Source: Phoronis australis
Taxonomy: Eukaryota; Animalia; Phoronida
Direction: 5' to 3'
Assembly (NCBI GenBank): GCA_002633005.1
Contig: NMRA01000036.1
Span: forward strand, 503,761-567,760
DNA: 64,000 bases
In this document: positions 20,859-35,800 of the stretch, piece by piece
Layout of the letters: each line of letters opens with the position of its first letter
Numbering within the stretch: position 1 is the stretch's first letter
Made by a program: the position numbers and the translations under genes
Notes under the pieces: generated by a model
What the model was told of the DNA's origin: nothing
Databases searched by the model: none
The model's input: the letters and a program-made list of their open reading frames with translations, nothing else

Positions 20859-23800
20859 CTAATGTTAAGCGACGATAAGATACAACGTTACATTGTTAGA
20901 GCCTTGGAGTTATTTTATCATACGCATAGCTTCATGGAAAAATTATTATTACCTGTGCACATGCTCAACATAATGAAATGCATTTGCACTTTCAAGTAAA
21001 TACGATTTTCTCCGCTAATGGATTTCTGGCTGAACAGGCGATAAATGGACGTGATGCCTTTTCGTAACTTTGAGGGAGTATATTTATCAGGCGTTAAGTA
21101 TAATTTTGATAAATTTCTGCATGGTTCAATTTTCAGTCGCTAATATGAACGGAAACACGCATTCAACACACTATTCAATTTGAAAGCATGGGAGATGGGT
21201 ATGTTGTGAGCAAAGGACGATAGTTTAGGGAGCAGATTCTCGACATACTTGTTTTTCACCTCTTAGGGCCACGTCACCGAACGTCCGAAACTGTGATTTT
21301 CAGTGATCAGCCTCAGCGCGGAATCAACATGGCCGACTCAGGTTCTATACTAGCGTAACTAATACCTACACGACTGGAAAGTCACCAGCTGTGATTTCAG
21401 CGAATATCCATTAGACAACGACAAGACTCGTAGATTTGATATGAATCACAATTCACATGGGATTTTCAGTATTGTTTTTAACTGCGATCAAAGCTAATAA
21501 AATTATGGAGTCTATCACGCCTCAGTAACAATAATCCCAAACATGTTTTTGTGCCGATATTGTGATTAAATACCCCAAGTACGAGCGGAAATTGGTAGCA
21601 TTGATCGCGACACCGACCACGGTTTTTGACTCGATTTGGAAATCGAGGTGAGAGATATACCGTATTGGTGGCGATGACTGGCAGCTTATACTGTACATGT
21701 CCGCTTCGGACTTCACATGATTACTGCCAAAAATCACTCATACTCCATCGGTGGTATCAGCCGAGAATCCTCCGAAACTTAATGGTCACTAAGTCATTAC
21801 GCGAAACCGATGCTACACTAGGCAGAAAACTGTGAGCAGCTGCCGATCGACGTATGACGTCCATGAATATTAATTGGGCCACTTGAGAAAACCGGCTGGA
21901 CCATGATAAAATTTTCAACTTTGTACAATGGTGATTTTTAGTGCCGACACCCAACCGGCGTTCCGGATAATCTTCTGATAATCGCTCCATTGTCGAATAA
22001 TATCGAATTGACTTCGGAAGCCTTATGTTAGGAGTCAATGTCTAGGCCCTAGGAATCCGGCGCCGACCCAACGAGTTCCCGCACGACGGAATAAAACGGG
22101 TCATTTCGGACTAGAGATGAGCCTGCGGTATATCGCACTGCAAACGGAATTTCCATACTGTTAGTGGAATATCTTAGTCTTTTTTGAAAATATAGTTTTG
22201 AAGTGCTTTGAATCGACCTGGCAAATGTTCTTCTCAGGCTGCACCGCATGGAAACCATATCGTCTTACTCTTAAGAATTAAATGTCGCATGGAGAAAATG
22301 TCCTGTGATACTGGTCTTGACGTGAGCAGTCACTTGAGTCTTACAGCTGAGGTCGTTCCACCTGCTGTAGCTCTCAATGTACGCAATTAAATATATTATT
22401 ATAATATCTTTGGTTTATCTCCAGCCGAGCAGGGGAAACCGAGTAGTAACCGATTAATCGTTGTGCACTCTGAGTAAAAATGGGTGTCGAAGTTGAGGCA
22501 TGTTTTTGGCCATAGTTAATCGCTTCCTACCGTTCACAATCAGTCTCAAAGACGCGGGGCTCGGACGTTCGGAGAACGAGTTGAGTGTGCCAGGAAAAAT
22601 TATCAAAACACTCACCAGAAAACTCAAACATTTCATTTCGACAATGCTGCTTGCAGTTCTCTATGATGTTGCCAATTGAAGAGTTGACAACTGTCAAAAG
22701 TGCGTGAGATCCATTGAGAAAGCGCCCCAAATGGCTACCATCAAAACAGCCCTTGAACATTTCATCAGCTGCAACAAAGAAATGCAAAGCCGGAAAATTA
22801 TGCAGCAATACGACCCTCGATTAAAACCGGCTGTAACGGGCAAAGTGAGTGTCATACACACCGGTCGTTAGCTCAACATGCTGATAAAAGTTTCCCGGCT
22901 AGAGGACGAACAGAACTACCCGGGTGGAATGAAATTTTCCAGGTTTACTTGAGGTTCATACACAGCGTTGCCTGGCTACTGACATTTTGATGTTATAGTA
23001 TTCATACAACTAGCTGGCTGGTAGCCAATATGCAGAGCTGAAGCTGGGGCGATCGGTTTTTTTCAAAAATTTGTGAAATGGACACTAATCAGAAGATTGG
23101 GAACATGAGCATACCAACCAAATCAAATTTCCTTAGGGTATTTAGTGAACCATAAACTGTATTGATACATTTATATTTCGGCTGATTTTACCTTTCTCTA
23201 ACAACAACTAATTATATCAACTTGTACTCTCAGATGATTTTGACCCAATGACGTCATATTTTAATTAGCTGTGAACCAAGTGCCAGCCAATGAGCAAGTC
23301 ATTATTTGACGTGCCATTTGAGTATGATACTAAATTCTACTCTTTCAATCTTGTAACTACGGACTTCAAACCCTGTTTAGGGTTGGTTTACCGACTAACT
23401 GGCTGTCTACGTTACCTAGCTGCATTTTAAGTTAAGTCTACCTACAGTTAGCTGGCTGGTTAGTAGGAAAGTAAAACAAACAGAGAAGCTGGTCCCTCTT
23501 AAATGAACCTCGGAATAAGTGTTCAAAATGGTTGTCCACATTGATCCACGCGCCTTTAATTAAAGCAAAATTTGAGACGACTTTAAAAACCACTTTGCCT
23601 TAAACAGTACAAAAATACATTTAAAGAAATATTGTGAGTACCAAAAGAATAAATGTATAATTTTACGAGAACACTGTAATCTTGAAAAAAATTTCACGAA
23701 GGTTGACAGTTAGCTTAAACATTTCGCTGATGTAAATATGTTCTTACCCACGCATTGTACTGGAGTTGACGACCAATCACCACGTTCTGTGCAAGTGATA

Positions 23801-26800
23801 TTCTGAACCAAATTTTCCAATCCGTCTGCTCTCTGTGTCCCAAGTGTGCAATGATAGGAAACCCAGTTACCGACGTCGCGTCCGCTGGTCCTCATCAAGG
23901 TGTTCCAAACTGTTGGTGGTTCAGGGCAGACGATTTCTAGAAATAAAGACGGAATGCGACAAACAGAATATTATGAGTGCGACTCAGAACATTTGACGTG
24001 GACTCGAACTAAAGAAGAAAGATAATGCACAAATAGATATTGTACTCTCAGGGATTGTGGTAATCGATGTTAAGGTTTCTGTTCTACGTCAGAGGGTTGG
24101 GCGACATCTCGAGGTCTAACGTTTCGTCACTGGTGTTGTAACATATCGTGAGAGACTTTCATTTTGTTCTGATAATTTTAGCACTGATCGGGGTCTGTTA
24201 GCCTACTGTGCTACCGCTAAGGCCCTGCAGCGACCAGGGGACTCGAAAATAAGAGTCTAGTGTGATATTAGGTCATTCCAGCTTATTGATGATATATTCA
24301 CGAATAAATCGCGCTACTGCTTACAACTGTCTAACCAAATAAGTGGATCACTTAATTTATACAAAACAGGTTTTGTTGAAGCGGTAGGCACATGCTGTGG
24401 GAAGTGGTGACACCACGTGTACGTTGACTCTCATTTTACTTCCCAATGGCCTGTTAAGGGAAACCATCATTTCCTGTTATCATTTAGAAAGACTTGAGGT
24501 TTAGTTTCTGTGGCTGAGGTGCCTAGATATAGTTTTCAATTGGAGTATGTGTAGGGTGTGTAGTCTGGACGCTCGAGTGAACCGGCGCAAGTTGATTTGG
24601 GGTAACGCATAATGTGAACACGACTTAAAGAAGAAATACCCCGTGTCCGTGCAGGAGTCATACATGCAGGGGTCTTTATTTTTTATTCGAAACACTGAAT
24701 AGTTCTCCTACGACTTAACCTACAACAACTTGTTACAGAACAACAACGCATCCTGCACCATGAGACAGATGGGCGGTAACTGATCAAGCGCACAGCTGGC
24801 AATTACTTCCGCCTCGTCAGCAGATTTGCTTTCAACACAGCAACTTGTGCTAAGGCTAATTACTTTAAAACAAGTTACTCTAGTCGGTAAGGTGGGTAAA
24901 CTATCGCACGCCTGTCAAGTTGCTCCAGTGCAAATAGCGTCACCACACAACTTCTAAATCTAGCAACAACTCGTTCAGGAGTAACTTGTTCTAGGATAAG
25001 TCATAGTGTGAACGGCAGTTGTTCCGAAGTTGGCTTGGGCAGTTGAGAAACCGGTACGGTACAAATAAGTGTCACATAGCGTCAAGTTTTTATGTAATGC
25101 TTCTGAGTTGCAGAGGCTTAGAGCAACACCATGAGAATGCCCAAGTAACGTTTTGCCGGAATACCAGAGAATTTCAGCTTAATACTCTGGATCGACCGTC
25201 ATCAACTGAACAAGCAATAATTAATGAATTGCAAATTGGGCGTTTTCTAAAAAGATGACAATTTGAAAATTGATATCTCAGTCCTCGATATGATGCAAAC
25301 GTTTACACTACGGGCATATTATGAACGTGAAAATTGAACATTCGGACGGGAGTTGCACTAAGCTAAGTGGCAGAAAATTAGAGGAAGTGGAGTTCCTGGA
25401 AAATCGAAGGTAACTACCACGGAAGGGTAAAGGTTTAACTATGATTACTTTTTTCAAGCAAAGATGGATCGTTATTTCCCTAAACTGAATGCTAAAAATT
25501 GCTTTTGGGGACATTTGTTCAAGTGGTCAAAATTTAACGCTCCATCGGCCCAGTTACTGTTATGTAAATTGTCAAAATAATTGCATATAATTCATCTTTT
25601 TTACGAAAAAGTCTGCCTCATGCATTTACCTGCACATGCCTCTACAAGTGGCGTCTCCCACTCCTCATCAAGCCCACAGAAGCTAGTGGTTCGTTTAGAG
25701 CCGTCCTTCATTTCGTATCCAGGCGTGCAAGTGAATGTTGCTAAACTTCTGTACGTGTTTGTTGTGTAGTTACCATCGGCGTTGATGATAGTTGGCAGTG
25801 CACCCTCACACCGCTTTTCTGTAAATGAGTCAACATTCTGATCACGTGTACTCATTGAAAGCTAACTATTTCGAAGAAAACGTTGTTACGGATTAAGAAA
25901 TGATTAAATTTATGTAGGTCATCAAATCGTAAGAAGGTGAAAATCATTGGGGAGAGAGACCTTGACGCATCCAACTTTACAATCTGTCGGTCCCCAGTCA
26001 TGATCTCTTTCACTGGATGGACGAAATTTATGGTAGTTGTGTTTCAGTGACCACGTCTTTTGTGAAAACTGCACGATTAATAAACATCTGAAAGCTTCCT
26101 ACCTACCGGTAAATGTTACCTCAGTACGTCTTTAATTATAAAAAAACATTACTCTAGGTCGTGCAGACACTCAGATTGTATTTGTTTCAGTTCTGTTGAC
26201 AGTCAATATCGCCGGGAGATTTTTATTCGGTTTGGTAAAAGTTAATTTGAAAATGGCTCCGTCACCTTAAAGTGACATTTGTTGCGATATAACTTAAGGT
26301 CCATCGACATAAATTGTCGCCCTAGATTGACATTTGTTCCCCATACTCCCAGGAACACTTTTTCAAGTGGGAGGGGTGCGTTCGCACCCGTCGCACACCC
26401 TACCAACGGTACTAATCCCTGAAAGCCTAGAACATACACGAATAGCATCTGTTCAAAAGAATAGTATACTGCCTCTTCAACGGTACAAAAACATAACTAA
26501 CTTAAGGACAGCTTCAAACCAAGGGGCGGCAATTTATGCCGTTATACTGTAGAGAGATAAAACATTGCCCCAGGGGCGACAGTTATGTGAGAGTTCACGA
26601 CATAAATTGTCGCCGTGGCAATTACGTCATAACAATATTATCGGCAAGAAAAATTAATTTTTTTGAGATCAGACCCAACGCGGAACAGAACTGACAGGAT
26701 CTAAACGGTCTAAGTTCAAAGGATTTGACAAAAATCAACACACGTAAGTCATCACCCAGCGTGCAAACGACTTGTGATAAGCCGCGAATTTAATACTTCA

Positions 26801-29800
26801 GCCCCAGTTGCTGATAGCTGGAAGTGAAAGTTCAGAATTTTTATTTGATCAGTAGGTGGCGGATTTGGTGTATCGAAACGTTGAGGGACATAAAGAACTG
26901 TTGGGTTAAATATGGACATCACGGAAAATAGATTACGAAAGTATTAAATGGTAAGAGCCCACGTTAAGATGGGGTACCGTCTGAGTCTTTTTAAAATTCT
27001 CAATAGAAAAGGTTAACCATTTACCGAAGTTCTCTCTAGTGGAAATTACCCGGAGAAGTGGAAAACAGGACTGTCTGATATTACCCTGTTGGTAAATGCC
27101 CAAGCTAAATACAGAGACTGATTTTCTTATAGTCAACAAACCGATGTGCTGGAAATTTCCTAAGTTTCAGATGGCACCAAAGTTTGGAATACCGGTGAGT
27201 GAGATCTTAGTATAGGTGGAAGAATCCTAAGTGGTATTACCTTTACAAGCTTGAGACGGTGTTTCCCAAACGCCGTTCGACCCACAAGTGATTTGTATGC
27301 GGGAGACACCATCCGCCATCTTGTAATCGTAATCGCACTTATAGGAAGCAGTACCTCCGAAATTCTTGGACATATGGGTTATTTCACCTCCTTTCACAGG
27401 TGGTGGCTCCGGGCACCCGGTTACTGTTGATGAAAGACAAACAATACACAAAAGTGTACAGGTACATGTATATACTCTTTGGTCGAAAATGTCATGACCC
27501 AAATTCAAAGGCATAATTTACAATTCCTCAAATTCACTAGCAATGTTTTACAGCAATTCTTTCAGCATTAGAAAATCGAAAAAGCAGTAGTCTCCATTAT
27601 TCCGCCAAGAATCAGCCCACGAAGGATCATTTATGTTACGTGCACATCTGAAGTGTTTTAATACCAAAAACTATAATTAGTAGTTAGTTGTAACGCAAAG
27701 AATTGAAGGCTGTGACATGCTGGATTAGCAATGTTTAGATTATATTCTCAACGCACGGACAGAGCCGTTTAGGGACACTTAAAGATATTGTTTCCGTGCA
27801 CATACAGTAGTAAGGAATTGTCACAAACTGACTGGCCAGAAAGCAGGTAACTTTTTTCACTGTGCAAGGACTCACTCCATGCGCGATACACAGACAGGGT
27901 GTTTTCTCCTCCACAGTACTGTTTGGTGTTTCCAGAGCACGCCTTTTCGCACAACCTGTCCGAAATTTTTCCGTAGTGCTCTAATGTATTACCACAGCCA
28001 CAAGTAGTACCTAAAAGAAAACTGCACTTTCTGACGATATACAATAAACCTGCACTTTTTGCCGGGACAGCACTGACCAAGTCACGTTATTCATAGACAC
28101 ACTATTGTTAAAGTTGTACTTCGTCTCATTAAGTTGGCTGAAAAACAAAAATCGAGTTCGGAGTTTTACCCACATAAAATCGGTCTCTGATATTCGTCAC
28201 CGTGACAAGATTTCATTTCCGTTACAAACAAGGACATCGAAACCACGAACGACTTAGAAAAAGCTCCACAGTTTATTTGAGGCCCGGTTGATCAACAATA
28301 AGATTGTGCGATTTCGAAAATGGTGCATGTGCGAATTGCCGATGACTTCTGTTGTTGGCCAGTTCGGTAACAATTCCACATCAGATGACCGTGGTGATAT
28401 TTTAAAGCCCTAGTTCAACGGTGACAGTTAAGCAGCAGCAAAAATCCCCTCTAAAAGTGAACAAAATTAGCGAGGTAGTAAATGCAACGAACACGCCCAA
28501 ATTCACAATATTGCGGACTCTGATTGGCGTAGCACAATCTAAGCATTGATTTTCATATCATCTAAATTTAACATCAATCTATCAATATTGAGCGGAAATT
28601 ACTTTCCAGTTTGACCAAGTGTTACTTACCGTTTACCATAGCAGCATAGGCAGCACCTGCGCAACGTGATATGCACACATCCGAAGAGTTAGACACCTCG
28701 GAGAAATACGTGAAGTTAGCTGTCCCCACTGACGATTCCATGAAGCAACCCACGTAGCTCTGGTGATCTGGGTACCATGATATTAAAACGAAAATAATCG
28801 AAACAGACTAGTCCATTTACAACACGTAGAAGCATGCGCGCACCCAACCTAAAATATAGGGGAGCTCGAATTTTTCGTTATGCAGACCTTTTATTGAAAG
28901 AAATCGACGATGACTAAAAAAACAAAAAAGGGGCCACTAGACTGACTTCCAGTGGATATTTTGTGGACTTTTGTCTCGTTTACTCGGACTTTTTGTTTCA
29001 CTGAGGCGGACCTTTTTGCCCAATTCACCAAATTTGGGGGCTCGAGCCCCCGAGCCCCCATGGGTGCGCCCATGAGAAGAGAAGGTGCTTTTTGCATTGA
29101 TGCGGAAACACGGAGAGCTTCAGAAACATTTTATGAAGTGTAATCTTGATCAAGTAAACATAACTTAATGACGCTAATCCCCTGTTTTAGTGATGTCACA
29201 CAAAACTAAGTGAGCCACCTGGTATCCCACGGTTTGTACCGTTCCTCCTCTCAGTTAGAAAAGCACAATTCGACTGTAAAAAATTGCGTAAGTAGCCTGT
29301 GTTGTTCAAAGTGGAGGTTTGTTCACCCAAGTCGTCGGTTAATTCACATCAAGCGTTAGTCACATGTCTCATTTAGCAGTCTTAGTCAAGAGTTCTGATA
29401 TTTATTCTCAACGTCTCAACGTTTGAAATTTACTTTCAACGTTTGAGTCGTTTAATTTCATTTAGTATTTGGTAAAGTTTGTACAATTTATCAAAACGAG
29501 TGAACGTTATCAGTTACGTACATAACAGTCATGTCAACTGGCGTCAAATCTGGTTTCGCTCAAGTTAGGCAATGGATACTGCTATTACTGATGTGCAGCA
29601 TATCGATACACCTTCAAAGTGAAATTATGGCGGAAAACGTTGTGTCAAGGAACGCGACGGATGCTTGACTTGATTTTGACCTGGGAACTTTGAGGGAACG
29701 AGCACCAATTGGTTGCAGAGTAGTGAATACACCGGATGGCAATCACACACGCGCACAGAATACTTCTTACTGAGGAATGGAGAGAGTGTAAACTTTAGTA

Positions 29801-32800
29801 TAACACACCAGTTACCAGACTCACTGGCAATCACATGGATCTTTGCCTTGACGGCATCGTAAACCAATAGACCAATATGGAACGACGATTGCGGTAAACC
29901 TAGGCTACAGTAGGCAGAGGAGATTTAGGCTAGGAAGGTGCTTAAAGGTTCCAGACTGGTAGTGGCTCAGAACGACGTCCCTGTCAGTCGACTAGTGGAA
30001 GTTGTTCACTCGTCGCCAGAGCCCGGTTTATAACCTTTTCACTCGAAGAAATCGAGCTCCAGAATATTTTTGGCATTTTCTATTCTGCTTTTGTGCGAAC
30101 TCAAGATATGCGTGTATTATTCTATGCTTGAGTAACGTCTTGCATGCATAACGGCCTTATTCTATTCTGTACACCCCATCATTTCTAGCTTTTACTGGAA
30201 ATATTGAGTTTTTACTCGAGATCTCTGCTCGAATCTAGAGGTCATCAAGTGAGAATTGGGACTAGAAATTCATACGCCGCGTAAACCGTAATGTACTAGC
30301 GAGCAGATTAATAGACACGTAGGCCCATATCTTATGTTCGCACTAACGTAGAGTAGAAAATGCAATAAAATAATCTCGAGTTGGATTTCGAGTAAAAAGA
30401 TGAGACCCCAGAAATTATTTTTGTCATTTCCTTGTCTACTTTCCTGAGAATTCAAAATGAGAGACTATTTTTCTGTGCTCGGTTACATAATGGCTTGAGT
30501 GAATAACTGTCTAATCCTATTTTGCACTTGATGACCCCAGCGTTCAGGGTAAAACCTCGAGTTTAAGCTCGAAACGCAGATTTTTTTTATTCGAAATGTC
30601 GAGTTTTTACCATGGCTTTGTAGATCGAATTTAGGGGACATCAAATGCGAACTTGGACTAGAAACTCGTATACATAAGCCATGATGTACTTCAAACACAA
30701 AATAATAGATACCTCTCTTGAGTTTGTACAAACGTAGAATAAATAAATGCTAAAAATAAGATCGAGTTCGATTTCGAGTACAAAGATTAAATCCCGGGCC
30801 CTGGTCCTGCTGGGTCTAAGTACCGCAAGCAGAAAGGTCGTCACGACGAATGCGACTATTCAAATTAGAAGTTGCGAGAACTAGTGAGCCGGGAGAATCT
30901 GGACCACACGTTGGAAACAAGTGGAATAATTTCAAACCCTTCTCTTCCATAGCAAGCCCGGTCACGAGGTGCTTGTTGGTATTCTTCACTCCGCCCACGT
31001 CTAGGTGAATGCCCCGGCATGGAAGCTTCCAATCCCTAAGCAAGAGCGCAAAGTCTGTAGCGGAATCGACGCGGATGGTCCCGGCCACGAAGGAGGCAAT
31101 TTTGTGAGCACAGTTAATCCCAAGCGTAGTGACGCTCATGTGATGATTTGCCAAAGTTAAGTAAAAGTATGGTGTACGAGAATAAATTGACAATTCCGAC
31201 GCAAAACTTCGGTAGTACCAGCGAATATAATAAACTGAGGTTGGAAGTCTTTAAGGAAATATAAGAGCGATTCACAGGAGTGGCAGGAGGCGGTGACAAT
31301 TTCTTTGGTTTTGTCTATGTGGGAATAACTGCCCTCTAAAATTGCTTTAAATGATGGCCAAAAGGGTGACTTTTGGAGACAGAGAGTCCATTTTAATGGT
31401 TGTTTAAAAACAACCAAGACCCAGTCAACACCAGTGGAGACATCTTGAAGGTAACGCTTCACGTCTTGAATACTCGTAACGTTCTTGGAAGGGCCAATAC
31501 TCTATACTCTGACGAAAGATGAACTTGCATGCACATGAGGACGGTTAATTCCTGTCAAGTAACTTACCATGCTACCCGACTTATCTCACAGCAACTTGAC
31601 CTAGGTTGGAATATAAGGTATAGCTCCTGCGTGGGTGTAGCGGCGCGATTATGTTACATAAGAAAAACGGTGGCATCGATCATAAAGCTCCGACTTCACA
31701 CGGTATAGATGAAGTTTAACTGTTGTCTAGCTGGACATATAGAGAAGTGCAGTGACGCCATATTGACAGGGCAATTTGTGACTGTCAGCGAGCAGTTAAA
31801 GTCTTAGAGAAACTTATTTCTCTGGTTTCACAGGAGGTTACTTGCAAAGACAGGAACGAACTTATACGGCATCGCAAAAGCCTCGTCCAACGATGACGGA
31901 CACAAGAGTATAGAGTACCATCATACCCAGGAAGCACACGGCTGAGCATCAAAAACTGGTGGCAATGCATCATAATAGTTAATAGGTATGCGATAAGACT
32001 GCGTTCGAGTTCAGTAATTTGGCGGAGAAGTTGACTGCAAAATGTATTTCACATGTCGAGCCATGACACTTTTATGTGTCAAATCGAAATTGGAGCAATA
32101 CGTTGTTAGAATCTGGACACGAGTTGTACAGTTGCTTTTACTCTTAGGCAAAAAGATCGCCTCTGTATCGTTTATAGATTCCATCTCCCTTAAAATCAAG
32201 TGCTTTGGAAATGTTGTTTTGTTTCATGTTTTCGGTGGAACCATTTCTATTTGGCTTTAATGCGTTGTTTCTAGAAGTCAAACCAAATGAACCAACTAGA
32301 AGTGTGCAACTTGAGTTTGATCCTATCAGCGCTGACAGACTCAAGTGCGTCTTCTTAATTGATGATCAAGCCTAGTGTTTCAGACTTGATCGACAACTGT
32401 ATAGGCATCCTCTTGTATTATTATCGGGATGTAACTCACCCACAGAATGATCGATGCCCAAAACATAAATTAAATAAATTCAGTAAAAGATTATTCGTGT
32501 ACTTACATGATAAACTGCCTGACAGACAACCGAATATGTTGAAGCGAAGACCAGCATTTACTTTCCACGTTTTCGGAGTTAACTTTATTGCATCAGCTTT
32601 CACTGGAGATCCAAAATGCACATAGGATATGTCGTCGGCGAAGTCACTCAAAAACACCTGTGACAGATAGACTCCATGTACTGTCCCATTTGCTCTTTTT
32701 GCCAATCGAAGCAGTCGTGCATCAACTGCAACCGCAGGTAAGTAAGTGGCCCAGAAAGGCAGACAGCAAAAAAAAAAAAAAAAAAAAANNNNNNNNNNNN

Positions 32801-35800
32801 NNNNNNNNNNNNNNNNNNNNNNNNNNNNNNNNNNNNNNNNNNNNNNNNNNNNNNNNNNNNNNNNNNNNNNNNNNNNNNNNNNNNNNNNNNNNNNNNNNNN
32901 NNNNNNNNNNNNNNNNNNNNNNNNNNNNNNNNNNNNNNNNNNNNNNNNNNNNNNNNNNNNNNNNNNNNNNNNNNNNNNNNNNNNNNNNNNNNNNNNNNNN
33001 NNNNNNNNNNNNNNNNNNNNNNNNNNNNNNNNNNNNNNNNNNNNNNNNNNNNNNNNNNNNNNNNNNNNNNNNNNNNNNNNNNNNNNNNNNNNNNNNNNNN
33101 NNNNNNNNNNNNNNNNNNNNNNNNNNNNNNNNNNNNNNNNNNNNNNNNNNNNNNNNNNNNNNNNNNNNNNNNNNNNNNNNNNNNNNNNNNNNNNNNNNNN
33201 NNNNNNNNNNNNNNNNNNNNNNNNNNNNNNNNNNNNNNNNNNNNNNNNNNNNNNNNNNNNNNNNNNNNNNNNNNNNNNNNNNNNNNNNNNNNNNNNNNNN
33301 NNNNNNNNNNNNNNNNNNNNNNNNNNNNNNNNNNNNNNNNNNNNNNNNNNNNNNNNNNNNNNNNNNNNNNNNNNNNNNNNTAAATTAAATTTAACTTGTT
33401 AAATGCATTTATCGTCATTATTTTGACACTTGTCTCCTTATTTTGATACTAGTCCTTAGGGTTTTTTTTGCATTACTCATCTCTATTTATAGCCTCTAGG
33501 GCCTACTTTTGTATTCATACGTTTCTCTACGCGACTCCTGATTGGTCGCCCATATTTCCTTTGTTCTGTTCAACGTGGTCTCTCATTCAGCCACCTACCT
33601 CGTCATCTACAAGACCTACGTTCGTTCTCTTCATTTTTTGTTTGGCGTTTTTTGCATGCCCATCTTGCAGAGTCTTAGTTAGTTTTATCTATTACGTCAT
33701 AATAAATGACAATATTCGCAATCCTCCTCTTGTTTTACTCTGCAACATATAGCTCGTGGCGTACCCGGGCAAAATAGATTACGATAAAGGACGTTAACAC
33801 TGACGACGAGCATGGTCGATACATGTACATGTGCAGTGGGCCGACATGTACTGGCCTTGGAGAAAAACTCTTTGATTGCGTTTTTTAGAATTTTCGACTT
33901 CATTGAGTTCATGATCGACATAAAAAAAATAAATTATCGCGAAAGTACAAATGGTTAAATGCCTAAAAACTCTAAAATTTTCGGAATTCGAGGTCTTGAG
34001 ATCAGCTTGGTCTGTCCTCTCTGGACACTCGACTATTAGTTGGGTATTCACTTTACAACCCTATTCATAAACAATTGACAGATCGATTGGCACAACATTG
34101 TACAATTTCTCGGGAATAACCCTTGATAAAAGCGTTAGTGTCCACGGCCAAAATTTGGTTGTTTTTATAAAACTGAGATGAGTAGTGTAATAATGACACC
34201 AGCCGGTAAAATACGCAGAAAGATGAGGGACACCGTTTTTCGTCACTGGTTTGCAGTACTCTGCCTGATATACGACCTCCTAGGCTAATAGCGAGATCAA
34301 TATGTGGTCAGTGGATTCGACATTAACCTTTTCACTTATTACCTCCGGTACAACGGATACATTCAACATTGATCAGCTTGCTATGGAGGTGCATGTGCCT
34401 AAATACGTACTCATCAACAATACGTGTTTCTACTTGAAAGAAAGTTTAACAAAAGACATTCAGTCAGATTTAAAAGAGCTATTTTTGAACGTTTGCCTTG
34501 TTAGATTTACTGAACAATTATTGAATGATTGCGGCACATTTTTTTCAGCATAAAATGACATAAGTGCCAAGCAAAATCTGTGTCGGTTATAAATGAAGTA
34601 GATACCTCAAACAACACCTTTAAAAGATTTGTGATTCTAACTCCAACGTTTAACTTAACAAACTTAGGTTGTAATTCATCCAGACTTTTTATTTCGAGTC
34701 CTTATCTCACAAGTGCTTCAACAGTTCTACAACTACTTGAAGTCGAAAATTTAACAACTGAGAACAAATTTTAATTTGTACTTAAAAGTCTATATTTAGT
34801 AACTTCAAGTACACTATTTTGCACACAGCAAGAAATGAAATCATCTAAAATACTAATCGATAATTTGCTGTACTCTCTAGATAGTGCTCGACCTTGCGGC
34901 CAGTAAAGAGATTACTACGTCGAATCTATCCGATATATTGGTGTAACGATTACGGACCAAGAACGTTAATTTTTTTTTAAAGCGTGAAAATGGTGTACAG
35001 GACAAGTTTGATATGCCTACAAAAATTAGGTTAGTTACTCAAGCCTATTATCACTAAGGTAAATAAATGGCTGATCACGAATCGTGAGTGAACAACTGTT
35101 CTCTGGTTTTGTTGATAATGCTTTGTTCATATAATCAGCTGTACCAAAACAACTTCACAAAGAGGGTAGAGTGTACAGTGAAGCATGGCTCCCGCCTGCG
35201 TCGGTGCGTGGAAAACAATCCACCGTGTACTAGTAGTAGACAGATCGCGACAACCCTCACAGGAGAGTTGTATAGTTGTTCATTTTAATGTCTATGATAT
35301 CGTTTAAAAGCAACATGAGTATCAATGTTACCTTGAACTTGAAGTGCTGTAATGTAATGTTGTCCGGGCAACGACAGCTGAATCATAGGCTCTGAGTCGT
35401 TCACATTAGGGGCCCATGAAATACCGCTGCCAATTCTGTTGAAAGGGAATAAAAGCAAGACTTGAATTGATCGCACGGCTTTATTATAAGGATAACTCAC
35501 GACGCAAGGCTAGATTTCGTTTCTTTAACTACTAATGATTGGACCCAAGCAAGTCGCGACTACTCAGTGAACAACATCAGTTGAGGGATGTCTTTTTTGT
35601 TGTGTTTCTCAAAATTCAATTTGTTATTTAGTACAGAACCATTTTTGTATCTGTCAAATCAGTGTTCAAAAACGTAGGACAGGCCAAAGCGTAAAAATTT
35701 TTGTACCATCCCATATTTCGATACAAATCAAAGCGACGAGACATGACTATGGTCCCACCGATCAAGTCTTACCTTGCGTTGGTTATGTCGGCACCGTTAT

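Noticed and set aside
30816-31462. Extra exons of the mosaic gene or a nested gene
   Set aside because: No domain pattern, and the flanking exons (32507 to 28767) already join in phase. Probably decayed repeat.
32733-32747. Strong + strand donor CAG|GTAAGT suggesting an antisense gene
   Set aside because: It is the reverse complement of LTYL codons in the minus-strand exon; no supporting + strand exon chain.
32588-33418. Long ORFs of 218-266 aa
   Set aside because: Artefacts of translating through the N gap.
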